A DNA stretch of 64,000 bases from Octopus vulgaris (taxonomy: Eukaryota): positions 71,672,001-71,736,000 of the forward strand of contig OX597833.1 of NCBI GenBank assembly GCA_951406725.2, written 5' to 3'. A model generated the notes under the pieces. The model had not been told where the DNA came from, ran no database searches, and saw nothing but the letters and a program-made list of their open reading frames with translations. Below are positions 36,293 to 50,345 of this stretch, in pieces. The translations under genes and the position numbers were made by a program. Numbering within the stretch: position 1 is the first letter of the stretch; every line of letters begins with the position of its first letter.

Positions 36293-36296
36293 CATA

Positions 36297-36946
36297 TATG
36301 TTATATAATTAGGGTTCAGTAAAATAATTTACTTTACCACACACCGAACTTTTAGAAATAGCAGCCAAAAAATCTTAGCTGTTTCTTCTACTATAAGAAA
36401 AATCTCCCAGACATTGCATACTCAAAAATAATTCACACAGGTATAGAGGGAAAAATAACGAAAGATCACTCGTACATAAGATTACTTGAGAACGACCGTT
36501 TCTGGATTAGTTGAATTTAAAGATCAACATTTCCTTCGTCAGCTCAAAGATTTATTTAGATTTGGATCAAATCAAAATCAAATCCAAATCAAAAGAAATC
36601 TTTGAGCTGACGAAGGAAATGTTGATCTTTAAATTCAACTAATCCAGAAACGGTCGTTCTCAAGTAATCTTATGTACGAGTGATCTTTCGTTATTTTTCC
36701 CTCTATACCTGTGTGAATTAATTTTGAGCAAACATTGTCTGGGAGACTTTTCTTATAGTAGAAGAAACAGCTAAGATTTTTTGGCTGCTATTTCTAAAAG
36801 TTCAGGGTGTGGTAAAGTAAATTATTTTACTGAACCCTAATTATATAACATAATGTTTTAAATATACCGTAAATGGTCTTCTTACATACTGAACACTACT
36901 TGGTAAAATTAATTAATAATTAATTAATTTTACCCTTTTATTATTG

Positions 36947-36947
<1 letters not shown>
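36297..36947 (+). mobile_element. Large palindromic Penelope-like derivative (~270-bp arms) with a hammerhead in each arm
   Basis: Arms 36297-36567 / 36582-36852, nearly identical; ~95-bp tail; (TACA)/(TA)n flanks. Confidence 0.85.
36602..36663 (+). ncRNA. Minimal type-I hammerhead ribozyme motif (intact core); mirror copy on minus strand 36547-36486
   Basis: ttgag-CTGACGA-a-gga..gttga..tcaac..tcc-a-GAAA-cggtcg-TT-ctcaa; stem I ttgag/ctcaa is perfect. Confidence 0.75.
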
Positions 36948-36978
<31 letters not shown>

Positions 36979-37004
36979 ATATATATATATATATATATAT
37001 CATT

Positions 37005-37195
37005 TTTATTAGTATTTGGGAGAAGTAACAGAATGACTTAAGTGCTGAAAGTTTCATGCGCTGGCACTCATCAAATACACAAAACTCTCAGCGCTTGAGT
37101 CACTCTGATACTTCTGCCAAATATCAATAAAGCATATATACATGCTCTCTCTCATGTTTTGAGTTCTATTTTCCTGTTTGTATTGCCAAACCTGC
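37005..37195 (+). mobile_element. Short palindromic Penelope-like derivative with a hammerhead remnant
   Basis: Arms 37005-37054 / 37082-37131. Minus: tTGATGA-gtgc-cagc-gcat-GAAA-ctt..aag-TC; the right arm has the compensatory ctc..gag-TC. Confidence 0.6.
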
Positions 37196-38596
37196 ATGTG
37201 TGTGTGTGTGTGTGTACATCTACATAGAAAAATCTTTCATATTTTATCCAGCCCCTGGTGTAGCATTTGTGAAGTTAACTAAACGCAGGCACCATAATCA
37301 TTTTGTTTAAGGTTTTTACTATTATTTTTTTCTTCCAGTTGGCATCATGTTTGCCATCGTAACATTTACCGAGAAAGGTGAATTGGTGTAGGTTGTGCAC
37401 CGTGGGTGTGTGGGTGTCTAAGTCTACTTGTTTTGACATCCCCGCAATAATTATAAAAGCAAATGTCACAGTTATACAAACATTGTCCCTGCCTCTCCAC
37501 GAAAACATGACCATCCATCAAGAAATATTATCTTGACTGGAAACTGGTGAAAGTCGGCAACAGGAAGGGCATCTGCTGCAAAGAATGCCATCTGAAGCGG
37601 AGATTAAAGCAATTACAATAATCATCATCATCATCATCATCCTTATCAGCCCTATCAGCTGTCTACTGTCCACTTTGTTGATCTTCAAAACAACCTCTTG
37701 GACAGTATCATCATCTTCAACATCATTTAACATCTCCTTTCCCATGCTGGTATGGATTGGACAGTTTGATAGGAACTGACAAGCCAGGGAGCAGCACCAG
37801 GCTCCAGTTGTCTGAAACGGTTATAAAGCTACCAAATCACCAATATTTGCTCCAGAGACACAATAGATTCTGTAGATTCTTAAGTCTTTGAGTGAGGTAG
37901 GTTTGTTGGATTAATTGCCAGACTCACCGCTCCAAAATCTCACCGAAAGATAGGGTTTAAAAGAAAAGTCCTGATGGGGGGGGGGGGAGTAGCAACACAG
38001 AAATATAGTAATGATAATAATAATAATAATAATAATGATTTCAAATTTTGGCACAAGGCCAGAAATTTCAAGGGAGGGTATGGGTTGATTACATCAACCC
38101 CAGTGTGCAACTGGTACTTGTTTTATCTACTCTGAAAGGATGAAAGGCAATGTCAACCTTGGCAAGATTTGAACTCAGAACGTACAGACAGATAAAATGC
38201 CACTAAGCATTTTGCTCAACATGCTAACGATTCTGCCAACTCGCCACTTTCAATAATAATATTAATAATAACAGTTATATATAGAGCTGATATATCTTTG
38301 GTCTTTCTTTATTTCAATAATTGATATATATCTTATAAAATCTGAGGAAGATATAGATATGTGAGTGTTTGTGTAAGTGCATATGTGTGTGTGTGTACAT
38401 GCATACATAAACATATGAAGGAATAGGGATTTGAAATCTGGGTAGGTACCTCATTACTGCTCTGATATAATCCATATCTGGCTAACCACATTGAATGCTA
38501 GGGGGACATACAGAATTGTTTAAATAGTATTTCCACATGACAAGTAAACCCCGAGTTCACCTCATTGGGTTTCTGCCAGCATACTGAGCGTATAAC

Positions 38597-38799
38597 CAAA
38601 ATATCATAAAGAAGAATGGTGAATTATACGTCTTCAAAGTCTGTTTATTCCAGTATCATTCTCATGAAATTCCAATCTAACATGTGTTTCCGATGGATAA
38701 CAGTTCTAATGTCCTTCAATGTGAATTTCATGAGAATAATACTGGGATAAGCAAATTTTGAAGATCTATAATTCTCCGTTTTTCTTTATGATATCTTGA
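38597..38799 (-). mobile_element. Palindromic element with a partial hammerhead (GAAA-cacatg-TT) in the spacer
   Basis: Arms ~38597-38671 / ~38723-38799; abuts (TA)n at 38802. Confidence 0.55.
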
Positions 38800-38828
38800 T
38801 CATATATATATATATATATATATAAAAT

Positions 38829-39316
38829 AAAATAAAGAGACAATTAATAAATTATCATTTATTAATTTAAAAAATTGACAACAACTCTTACAGCTGTTTC
38901 AATTCTCCGTCTTCAGAAAATTAATTGATAAAATAAAAAATTCTTTGAAAGTTGAATCAGCTGAGGATACCCAACATGTAGGAATTGAACACCTAATTTG
39001 CATATCTTAAAATACCTCTGACGAGATTCAACTTTCAAATTATTTTTAATTTTATTAATTTTCTGAAGGCCTGGAATTGAAACAGCTGTAAGAGATGTTT
39101 GTCAATTTTTTAATTAATAAATAATAAATTATTAATTAGCTCTCTATTTTCTTACCATATTGTAATAAACAAATATATATAAACCACGGTTTATATAGTT
39201 GCCTTACAGTTGAATATTAATTGTAATGTTCAACACTCTTTGTTTAGGTAACTAACCTGTACTTTCATGGGATTTTGCTATCCCTTAATGTGGTTTGTAG
39301 CCTTTATTTGAACTTA
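38829..39316 (+). mobile_element. Palindromic Penelope-like derivative with a hammerhead
   Basis: Arms ~38829-38958 / ~39025-39150 plus tail to a TA tract. CTGACGA(39018-39024)-gattc...gaatt-GAAA(39079-39082)-cagctg-TA-agag. Confidence 0.7.
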
Positions 39317-41166
39317 TATATACACACACATATATATATATATATATATAACCTTATGACCGGACATAGACTTAACTGCATATAAATATATATCGTTGCT
39401 ATTATGCAAAAGTGTCATAAAAAATGTTGCTTTTTCAGAAAATGGAAAAATAGTTTCACCATTCCATTTCTTTTTACATTAGCAACAGTTTCCGCTTAAC
39501 AATAATACTTTGTTGGGTGCATAAAATCATAGCTCTATGCATGTTTGATGTTTTCAGTCAGAAATATTTTTTGCAAAACTGTCGTATGTGGGACTTACTA
39601 CACTTTTGAAAAAATGCTAAACTGTTGTACTACACTTTGACAGTTTTCATATCTTGACATCTGAAGCAGCTGGAAATATGGTATTTTGATCAAAAGAACC
39701 GGCCATGGCTTCCCAGACCCCAGTTGAACCGTCCAACCCATGCTAGCATGGAAAGCGGATGCTAAACGATGATGATGATGAAAACACATTTGGCCAAATT
39801 TGGACATATGACAGTTTAACATATTAGCAGCAAAATATATATATATATATATATGCATACAGACGTGTGTGAGTGTGCATAAATGGTAAGTCAGTATATT
39901 GGCATCAGTGCTGTCAGTGAGATTGTTTACTTTCTCGAAATGCTCCAGAGTTCAGCAGAAGTGTGATGACTGGAGGAACGAAGAATAATAGTTTGAGAAA
40001 CAAGGGTCAGAGACAGGAAGAGCATCTGTGGCCATAGAGAAGAAAAAGTTTTGTCTAACCCATGCCAGTGTAGAAAAACAGACATAAAACCAATGAGCAT
40101 ATTATACCATCATAATCATCATCATCATCATCATTTAATGTGCAAGTTGCATGCTGGCATGTGTGTTGGATGGTTTGACAGGGATCCAATGGACCCAAAG
40201 AGTCCATTAGGCTCCAGTGTCTGCTTTGGCATGGGTTCTATGAGTGAATGCCCTTCCCAATGCAAACCACTTTACAGGGAATGCTGGAGTGCTTTCTCGT
40301 GTTTCTAGCACTTTGGAGGCCACCAAGCAACTTGCTAGACTACAAACCCTGGTGGAATAAGGGGTTAAAGTATGATAGATGGGATCAGAGCAGGTTCATG
40401 GTTACATGAGTTACACACACATGGCTACAGGAGTTACACACACATCATTTAAGGAATACACATGCATTACTTCAAGTTTCATGCTTGGAGAGGGCAGAAA
40501 CTGGATGGCCTTAAACAGGGCACCATGTATGATCTGACAAATGTGTGTGTGTGTGTGTGTATAAACACACACATACATGTATATGTATACTAACATATAT
40601 GTATACACACACATGTATATACACATACATGCATATATACACATTTATGTATACATACACACACGCACACATCTTGTTTCCTCACTCTCTGATTAAAGAA
40701 ACAGAATCTCCCTTCCACCCCTGCCCTCCCAACATAAATTCTTGCTGATTCAAAGCATTCAGCAATCTCCTCAGATTCTTGTGTTAACCCTAAAATATAT
40801 TCACCTTGGCAGATTAATCCTTTATTTATTATTCTCCAACATTGGTGCCAACAAGATAAGAAGGGGCTTATATAAGAGGCTCAGTTATATAAGCAAAACC
40901 CCTTTTGAAGTGATTTATTCAATGAAACAATGCTGCACATGTCCAATCTGGCACTTTGGGTGAAAGGTCATAATCAAAATGATTTTTCTCTCCTCCAAAT
41001 AATGTTTACATCATCATCATCATCATCATCATAATTGTGTTAATGTGTGAATTGAGGGGGCATTCAGTACAATATCTTATCAAGAAGTAACCGTAAGAAA
41101 GATAATTTCAGAAAGCCCTTGAGGGGTCAATAAATACAAAGGTCTGCTGATCTTTTGACTGATTAA

Positions 41167-41363
41167 CCCTTTGGTGTTCAGATTATTCTGTCAAATATAA
41201 TGCTTTTTCATTCCCATTGTTTTGAATTAATCCTGCATTGTCTTGTAGCTCTGAGAATTTGATGATTTGATGGTTTATTTTGAGGATGTCATTGTAGGAT
41301 ATGAGTGAGAGGCCAGATCTGGATGGCTTGAACCCGGATATGGCCGGATTAAATGCTAAAGGG
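41167..41363. mobile_element. piggyBac-type MITE
   Basis: TTAA|CCCTTT...AAAGGG|TTAA. Confidence 0.8.
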
Positions 41364-42189
41364 TTAATTGTTTGTGGTGATTGATCAATTTGACATTTGA
41401 TAAGAAGCTTGGGAAGCTGTAAAGCCTGAATATGAATCCTGTTTGATCCGGTCTGTGATGACACTCTAGCTGTAAATGGGACTAGGGACGTCTGTGGATC
41501 TAGAGTTAAAGCAGGGTCTGCAACTTCCCGACTTGACTCACATGAAAGCCTTTTTGAAAGATTAAGGGAACAAATTCTGGGCCTCGAATTCAAATTGGGT
41601 CAAGTTTAACTTTGCATTTCATCCTTCAAAGGTCAATAAAACAAGTATCAATCCAGGGTGGAGGACTGTTGGAGGGTCAGGCAAAGTAGCCAAGGGTATC
41701 TTATCCAGCTTCTTTGAGTCCTGAGTTCTGGCAACATCTGTGACAACACTGGTGCCAAGCTGTGTCATTGCAGTTTGGCATTCCTTCCTTTGGCTAAACA
41801 TTGGGTGTCATGGAGAGGAGAGACTCGCATAGAAGGACAACTGTCAGTCTTCATCACAACATTTTGCACAAACACATTCAGATGCAGGGTGAACATGGAA
41901 CAATGGAGTCCCTGGTCCTAGTTACCACCCTCTGCCACCAGCTTTTAGAAATTCATCCATCAACTAAAACTAACAAATGACGGTTGAAAAGCTTCAAACA
42001 ATTGTGATACAACATTTCAAGATGTATAGATTAAACAGAAAGGAGTGAAAGAAGGAGACGGCCTTCCTGCCTTGCCTGTTCCGTATTATCCCTGCAGAGG
42101 ATGAGGTACGTGACCCAACAAACTATAGCAGACTATAAGCTAACAGACCACAAATGCTCCACTGATCTTCAAACTATGACTAGCCTTAA

Positions 42190-42395
42190 CTCTTTAGCAG
42201 TTAAACTAACCATATCTGGCCAAAATATTCTCCGTTTTCTATTCAAACTGACCAGGTCCAGCTGCTCAACCCACCCTACAAGGTCATTCTAAAAATAGAC
42301 AATCACATCACAGAACTCTCCAAGACACAAAACAATGCTGGATTAATTCAAAACAATGTCAATACATTTGCCAGAGTAATCTCAATGCTTAAGGG
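42190..42395. mobile_element. piggyBac-type MITE, inverted copy of the 41167 family
   Basis: TTAA|CTCTTTAGCA...TAAGGG|TTAA; the interior is a diverged reverse complement of 41167-41363. Confidence 0.75.
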
Positions 42396-43537
42396 TTAAT
42401 CCCATTTCAAGCTTATTTAAGAATTAAAACCCTAAAATTTGGAGACACATTAAAAGATCCAGTGAAGCTCCAACCATGGCATGTCATCAGCCTTTGTTCT
42501 GCTCTTGAATTATTTGTCTCATTTTGAATATGCTCTTGTAATGAGATTCCTAGCATGAGTCTTGCCGTGGCCCCTTGTGCCGTTGCCAATCAATGTTCTC
42601 TCCTCTTCGTAGTAACCCACATCTCACTTGTGTCTCGCTTGCCTGAGACATGCAATGGCAGATGATAAGGACAGAAGTTAGGGTTAGCGTTAGAAAATGC
42701 ACAAAGCAGAATAAATTAATTTAGCCGTAAGAATATAATACTTCTCTTCTAAACACACTGGGTCCAACATCCTAAGATCCAACCATGCCGCTCCTTTCTT
42801 AGCTTTCCTACTATGATGAAGACCATCTCCTATTATCATACACACCACCACTCACAGGTTTCAATCATACACATTGTAATACAAACCAAACCATTGCAGT
42901 TACTCCTTCTATATATCTGTTAGAAATAGCAGCCAAATTTAAAGAAAAGAAGGGAAACAGATTATGCTGTCTGGACACCTCTAAAACATGGGATGGTCAT
43001 GGCTGGAATGCTTTGATTATAGGTCAACATCACAAGCTGAATATGCCAAACCATTGATAGTATCTCTACAGTCTCACACAACTTGCTAGAAATAGCAGCC
43101 AAATCTCATTCAAATCAAACCTCCACCATGTTAAATTAGGAAGGACACATTGGGTTACATAGTCCAAGATATTTCTAAAATGATGGGATAGCCATGGTTG
43201 GAATACTTTTGATCATAATTCCATTCAGTGAAGAACAGAGAACTGCAGCTAAACAACGGCATCAGGTGATGCCTCCTAGTTTAACTCTTTTGTTGGCAGA
43301 CTTCCATTGAACGACTCTGCCTTTGTTTTTTTTTTTTCATTTTCGAAATAATGAAGAATTTGCTAAAACAATTTTGTCATTATTAAAACTGGTGCTTAGA
43401 ACATAATCTAAATTTTAATGAAATGGTTTAATTTAGATCAGTTTGTGGTAGGAGATTGGTATCACAGGACCAGGAACAGTTTCAGGTGGGATGCTGTCAT
43501 GAAAGTTTAAATAGCTTTCCTGGTTCACTCTTGTACC

Positions 43538-43618
<81 letters not shown>

Positions 43619-43964
43619 GAGCTTATTGAATGTAGTGCTCAGGTGCTCTACGGCTCATTATGAATATGGATGTAAGCATGGCCCTCCATTTCACTATCAG
43701 GTGGTTTAAGGTTCAATTCCGCTGGAGGCACCTTGGGCAAGTATCTTCTACTATAGTCTTAGCTGGAGGATCAGGCAAAATACCTTGTGGTATTTAGTTT
43801 TGTTTCTTTGCATCACAAGTTCAAATCTCACTCAGTTCCACTTTGCTTTTTGATGTTGCTAAGACACGGATGCTAAAGGGACGTTCTGCAAGATATGGCT
43901 TTTTTTCTTTTTGATACTCTGCTACGACTTAGTCTTCCACCCAACATGCTCACCAGTATCTCAT

Positions 43965-44001
<37 letters not shown>

Positions 44002-45184
44002 TACAGAGTATTTCTTGGAAGCAGTTAGTTTTGAGATCCATCTCACCACACCTTTGGTCAAGTGCTTTCCATCATACCTTGGGCCAACCAATGCCTTGTG
44101 AAGGAAACTGGTAGATGGAAACTGTATGGAAGCCTGTCATATTGGTTTTCAAATTTTGACACAAGGCCAGCAAGTTTGGGGAAGGAGTTAAGTTGCTTAC
44201 GTTGACCCCAGTACTCTACTGGTACTTATTTTATTGACCCCAAAAGGATGAAAGGTAAAGTTGACCTTGATGGAATTTGAACTCTGAACCTGAAGACGGA
44301 CAAAATACCGCTCAGCATTTTGCCAGGAATGCTAACAATTCTGCCATCTTGCAACCTTAAAGGGACCCTGCCATACTGGCACTAGAAAGGGCCTCCAGCT
44401 GTAAAAACCTTACAAAAGCAGATAATGGAGCCCAATGCAATCCAGTGGTTCATCAGCTCCTTTTGAACTGTCCAATCCATGCTGGCATGGACTACAGACA
44501 CTGAATAATGATGATGATGATGTGTGCCTGGGTAAGTCTTCACATTCTGTGCCTTGTTACTCCGGAGGGAAACAATGATCCAATGTTTACACTCCCTGTT
44601 GACAAGACATATTATCAGGTGTTTTCAAAGACCAGTAGAAATCTTTAAATATCCCTTGCTAAGACAGCAGGTAAGTGTTGGGGGCAGGAAAGGCATCTGG
44701 TCATAAAATATTGCCTCAAATGAGTTTCCATCCGATCCATGCTAGCTTGCAAAAACAGAAGTAAAACAAACAAATGAACAGACGTATACTTCCTTCGACC
44801 AAATTTCACTCACAAGGCCTTGGTCCATCTGTGGGGAGAGCCATGATAGAAAGACACCAGTCCACATTACAAACCAGAGGACCAGGTCACACAGTAAGGG
44901 GACTCCCTGTGCTAGGGTGATCCTGGTTTCTTGTAATGAAGGCTCAGACCGTACTGAGTGATGGGCTGAATAGGATTGTCTGTGAAACCTTCACCCACCC
45001 ACATGATACACAACCTAATAAGGAAATTAATTACACTAAACAATTAGGAATAATTAAAGACAGATAATTATTTCCCTCCTCCACCTCTTCCTTTCCTATC
45101 AATACAGCAGCAAATAGGTCTGAGCTTTTGTTTTGATAGGAGGCGGCGGACTTTGCAAAACTGCATCTGTATAGACATAAATAA

Positions 45185-45378
45185 TACACACACGCGCACA
45201 CACAAATACATGCATACACACACACACACACACACATGCATAGACACACGCACACACATCACACACACACACACATGCATAGACACGCACACACATCACA
45301 TGCATAGACATACGCACACATCACACACACACACACATGCATAGACACACGCACACACATCACATACACACGCACACA
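45185..45378. repeat. CA-rich minisatellite (cacacatgcatagacac..catca, about 4 copies)
   Basis: catgcatagaca recurs at ~45235, 45274, 45299 and 45336. Confidence 0.85.
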
Positions 45379-47559
45379 TGTAGCTATGTATTAGTATGGA
45401 GAAGACAGAAGAAGAGTGGAACGTAGCATTAAGTCTGGTCAACTTGGTATTTTTGTTCCAGCAAAGCCAAGGGATGGTGGAGGGGAGTGGGGGAGGTGGT
45501 CACCAGGTAGTGGTGGGGAGGGGGGTGAAGTGGATGGTGCTGCCCTGAGATAGTAGGAGGAAGAGGTGGAGGAACTTGTCAACAGCTAATGACAGGGATC
45601 TTTGAATCAGTAATTCAGTTGCTATGTCAGTCAGTGTCCCAAATTAAATACAGTTGCAATTAGAACCTTAATTAGTGCAGCAGTAATTAAAGATTTCTAG
45701 CAAAAATAGCAATTCTTTTCTCTCCTTTATTCAATTAGAAAAATAAAGAGACGGAGAACATTGTTTTCAATTCTGTTTTATCCTTCCTAATCAAAGAATC
45801 TTATTGCCAAGATGTTGGCATTATCCTGTGTCAATGGAAGCAGTGATGGGTGCCAGGAATGGTCAAACGATGAAGGGAAGGACCAACAACATCCAGTTCC
45901 ATGAATCCAATGTTCTGACCTCAAATCCAAAATTTGAATTTTAGGTGGTTGTGCGGTTATGAAGTTTGCTTCTCAAACATGTGGTCTTGGGTTCAGTCCC
46001 ACTGTGCAGCACATTGGGCAGGTGTCTCCTGCTATGGCCCCAGGCTGACCAAAGCCTTGTGAATGGATCTAACAGACAGAAACTGAAGGAAGCCCATCAC
46101 GTGTGTGTGTGAATATGGTAATTTGTGGGAGATTTAAAACCAAAGACATTAATACGAATAAGAAAATAAGGAGAAGCAGAGAAGTCAGTGCAACAGGTAT
46201 GACAAGAATTTTGAACACAGAAAGATTAAAAGAGTTAAGGAGAGGAGAGGGGGGAGAGGGACATGTCCAAGGACGGGGAATGGATCCAGGATAAGGTAGT
46301 GGTCAGCTGTTGGTGATGGTGGTGGTGTTGAACAGGTGTTAAGTATTGAATATTGCTTAAATAGATTGAGAGGGAGGCAAAGAGAGATTACTGGGTTTGT
46401 TTTCGGGTCAATTGTCCCAGCACATCCTTACCCTCTTTTGTGCAATCCCACCTAAAACTACCTCTGATTCTTTGAGAGAGAACCCTCTCTGATTGAAGCT
46501 ATTTGAGGTCCTTGAGGCTAATACGAGGCACAAACATCTGCTTAAAACAGAGAAAGAAATGTAAGAGATATTTTACTAAATTCTTTCCAGAATTTATACA
46601 AACACATCAACATGAGGAATATGGCCATGAAAGGGTTGGATGCTTAACATAGCAAGAGGTTTACTGAAGCATTAACCGTATTCATATCAGGAAGAAAGTG
46701 AACAAGATCTGATAAATAGAAAATAATAATGTACATGGACAAATATTTCTAAGAGAAGTGAAGGTTGTTGGAGAGGAGAGTTGAATAAAAGCTGTACAAA
46801 TACCTGGCTAGCACTTGTCACACACACACCAATCAACAAGACTGGTTAGTCTTCAATTCTAACATTAGGCCTTGGCCTATATTCCAGAACTGACCAATTT
46901 GTGATTAACATTAAGATCCCCCACCACCACCACCAATAACCTTCAGTTGTAAATCTCCCACGGAAAATAATTCCTGTGAATTCATCAACATGACAAAAAA
47001 AACACAAAAAAAGATCTCAGACTTCCATAAATTTTTGTAGGTGCGGGTGTGATAATAAGTTTGCTTCCCAACCACATGGCTCCTAGTTCAGTCCCACTGC
47101 GTGGCACCTTGGGCATATGGCTTTCATCATTGGTCTATTGATTTAGTGCAGACCCATGCCATCTAAACATCAACAGACTCGGAATAATGTGATAATGATG
47201 GTCTACGTTAGCAAAATATATTTTTTGTGAAGTTCAGAAATTTTTGGATGTTGATGGGTAAAGGAAAAAAAACAGTGAGAAAAGTTCTTTTTTGATTTTT
47301 CTTACAAGGAATTTTAGCTTTCCTTTTTTTTTTTTTTTCCTTGGCGGTTTGATCTGGGTGGGAAAAAAGAGACTGAATTCAGGGTCTCCGCTGAACCTCA
47401 CAGACTAGGGAGATTGACGTAGAGTGGATTGGCTACTCTGTATGGCCAGCCACATTGGGGTGTCTCTCTTTTGAGTTCAACGGCCACACAAAAGTGGCCA
47501 TCGAGTACGGACCCTACACCCCACTGGTTCAATTCAGGTCCCTTAAAACAACGGCACAC

Positions 47560-48033
47560 TCTGCCCCGTCCGACTTTGTTTCCTCATAACTTTCTGAAAA
47601 GTGGATACTTTTTAATGATATTTTCTATAAATAACTTTAAAATGGGGTATATTAAAATTATATCAGAATTTAATACGAAAAAAGAAAAATGGTGGATTTG
47701 CACACTTTCTGACGCACATCACAAAGTGAAATTTGAAGTTTAGAAAAACAATGTGATGTGTGTTAATAAATATTTTTTGCGTATTAAATTCTGATATAAG
47801 TGTAATCTACACCATTTGAAAATTTCATTAAAAAATATCCAATTTTCTGAAAGTTATGAGAAACAAAGCCAACTCTTGTGAATTCTCTGAAATTCCTCTC
47901 CCCACCCATAGGAAAAACTTTTGTTTTAGCAAATTTTGATATAATCGTAATCTGAAGCGTATTTGTAGAAAATTTCATAAAAAAAAATATCCATATTTTT
48001 GAAGTTATGAGGAAACAAAGTCGAAGGGCGGAG
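47560..48033. mobile_element. Foldback-type DNA element with ~100-bp TIRs and an internal extra right-arm copy
   Basis: cgactttgtttcctcataactt..ggata (47571-) is inverted at 47935-48033 and again at ~47790-47870. Confidence 0.7.
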
Positions 48034-49085
48034 ACTTGTGTTGGTATGGCAAAACAATTACAAGTTGATAGAAAAAAGCAAACATGGCTAGATGAGACAA
48101 GCCAACGAAGGACCCTATAGCTGATCGCTCGACAGGCTAGAAACAGCAGTCAAATCTCCTTCCATCTCAAAAAGGAGAACAGACACACTGGTTATATAAT
48201 CTCAAGTCGAGATGTTCGCTGTTGGAAGTGGGGTTAAATAACAACAGCAACAACAACAGCAGCATGTGCAGGTAAAAGATTTTTATAGGGACGAGGTTCT
48301 GAGGGGGATGGTCCAAGAAAAGGTTTAGTAGGAACCCTGGAAGATAAACTGTTTAACTAAGTTACATAAGAGGAATATTGAAGCTTACATAACAGCCTGT
48401 GCTGTGACTTAGCACAATTATTGGCCTGACAGGTTTCTGTTACATAACACTGATCGATGACACATTCCAAGCTTACAAAATAATGCAGTGAGCCCGTCCC
48501 ATGCACGACATGTTGAATAAATCATTAAGAGTGCGACGACATTCTTTCCAGTTTTTGAAAGTTTTATGTAAGCTGTTGGGGTGGGCGTGACCCGGGGGAG
48601 GGGGTGGGGGGTTGTAGAAACTGTCGGAGATAAAGGTTTAATTGTTTTGTGACATTCTCCTCGAATATGTAGTGAGGGATTGACATGGGAAGATCAATTA
48701 TTCATTAAGTTATATAAGACCGAGACGAATGTCGATACCTAGGTTATATAAGAGTTTCGATACCTAGGTTATATAAGAGTTTCAAACGTCTAACTCTAGA
48801 CCACACACACACACACACACTTTCTCTCCTCTGTAGATTTCCAAAAATATGGATCTCAGAGCTATCTGCCTTTTTTTTTTTTTTAACAAGATCATATCTC
48901 AATGGTTTTGCAATGCCAGTACTGATACCAACGTTTGAGATATTGAACTGGGCACTCAACGAAGTCCGCAGGTCGGATATCCAAACCAGAAAGGTACTGA
49001 CCACTACCGGCAACACCAATAGATCTATGGTGATGGTGGTAGAGGCATGAGGTCTGTTCAAACAGCCTTTGAATGTTGCCTTGTA

Positions 49086-49475
49086 GGAGGAGGAAGCACT
49101 CCGTCGGTTACGACGACGAGGGTTCCGGTTGATCCGAATCAACGGAACAGCCTGCTCGTGAAATTAACGTGTAAGTGGCTGAGCACTCCACAGACACGTG
49201 TACCCTTAACGTAGTTCTCGGGGATATTCAGCGTGACACAGAGAGTGACAAGGCCGGCCCTTTGAAATACAGGTACAACAGAAACAGGAAGTAAGAGTGA
49301 GAGAAAGTTGTGGTGAAAGAGTACAGCAGGGATCACCACCATCCCCTGCTGGAGCCTCGTGGAGCTTAGGTGTTTTCGCTCAATAAACACTCACAACGCC
49401 CGGTCTGGGAATCGAAACCGCGATCCTATGACCGCGAGTCCGCTGCCCTAACCACTGGGCCATTGCGCCTCCACA
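49086..49475 (-). mobile_element. Full-length young tRNA-derived SINE (family 3) with a 14-bp TSD
   Basis: Minus head gtggaggcgcaatggcccagtggttagggcagcggactcgcggtcataggatcgcggtttcgattccc; (TCC)n tail; TSD aatgttgccttgta at 49072-49085 and 49476-49489. Confidence 0.92.
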
Positions 49476-49968
49476 AATGTTGCCTTGTATCACTCGCACA
49501 ACACCTGCTGAACAGTAAAGAAAAAAATGTGTCCATTTCATGCATATTCAAAAGTGAGAGCAACAATATCTTCAGAGTTGGAGAAGAACTACTGTGCAGG
49601 TTCTCTGAGAATACAACTGTCTCCTGTGACTCAAAGGAGGCTGGACTGGCCTACATAGAAGCAGGCTGTGTACCAGCAAAAAGCAATGCATGGGTACATA
49701 TCCTGTAAGCTAGAGTATTACAACAGCATTGACATCCCACCCCGAAGGGTATGTCTACATTCGGGTATGAACAAACGAATATACTCATATCATAGCTCAG
49801 TCTAAGCCGAGCTCTGTGTGTCATTACCAAAGGTCCAGTGAATATGCTGTGTGTCTTCTGTCGTAATAGAATTCCTAGATTACAAGTCAGTAGGTATCAT
49901 AGTTTTATAGACATTTTGCTTATCCACCGATTCCGGGATTGAAAATGACTTATTCCCGAAATCCGGAA

Positions 49969-50345
49969 TCTCTATTTATATAAATGGCAAAATGTCTGTC
50001 TGTGTAGTGTGTGTGTCCTTTATACAAATCCACAATTTTTCAGTTAGAGGGCTCGCACTTTCTATGGTCATTCAAAACCGTCCAAGGGTGGTCATGCACA
50101 TCTTTACATTTTCCCAGTCACCCTGCAAAGCCATTAAAAAATCAATAGAAGTGACTTTTTTGTGAATTTTCTATGCAAAACCCAATCAAAATGCCCGAAA
50201 CTTGATACGCCAATTGAATGCCAGCCAGCTGTATGTGATTGGTTGGAGATTTGGACAGTACTCGCGTGTATGTGCGCATGCACGCACGCAGCTGTATATG
50301 CATGCACTAGTACTATGACCCGGCGTTGCCCGGTCATAGTGCTAT
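49969..50345 (+). mobile_element. Non-autonomous Helitron (second family)
   Basis: A|TCTCTATTTATATAAA start; 3' hairpin actatgacccgg-cgttg-cccggtcatagt followed by a degenerate CTA(G>T)T end. Confidence 0.7.

Noticed and set aside
48732-48783. 26-bp tandem duplication (tcgatacctaggttatataagagttt)
   Set aside because: A simple local duplication with no further structure.
49400-49475. Functional tRNA genes at SINE heads (also 33422 and 27967-28035)
   Set aside because: A/B boxes are present, but there is no complete cloverleaf acceptor stem, and the heads continue into SINE bodies with tails or TSDs.
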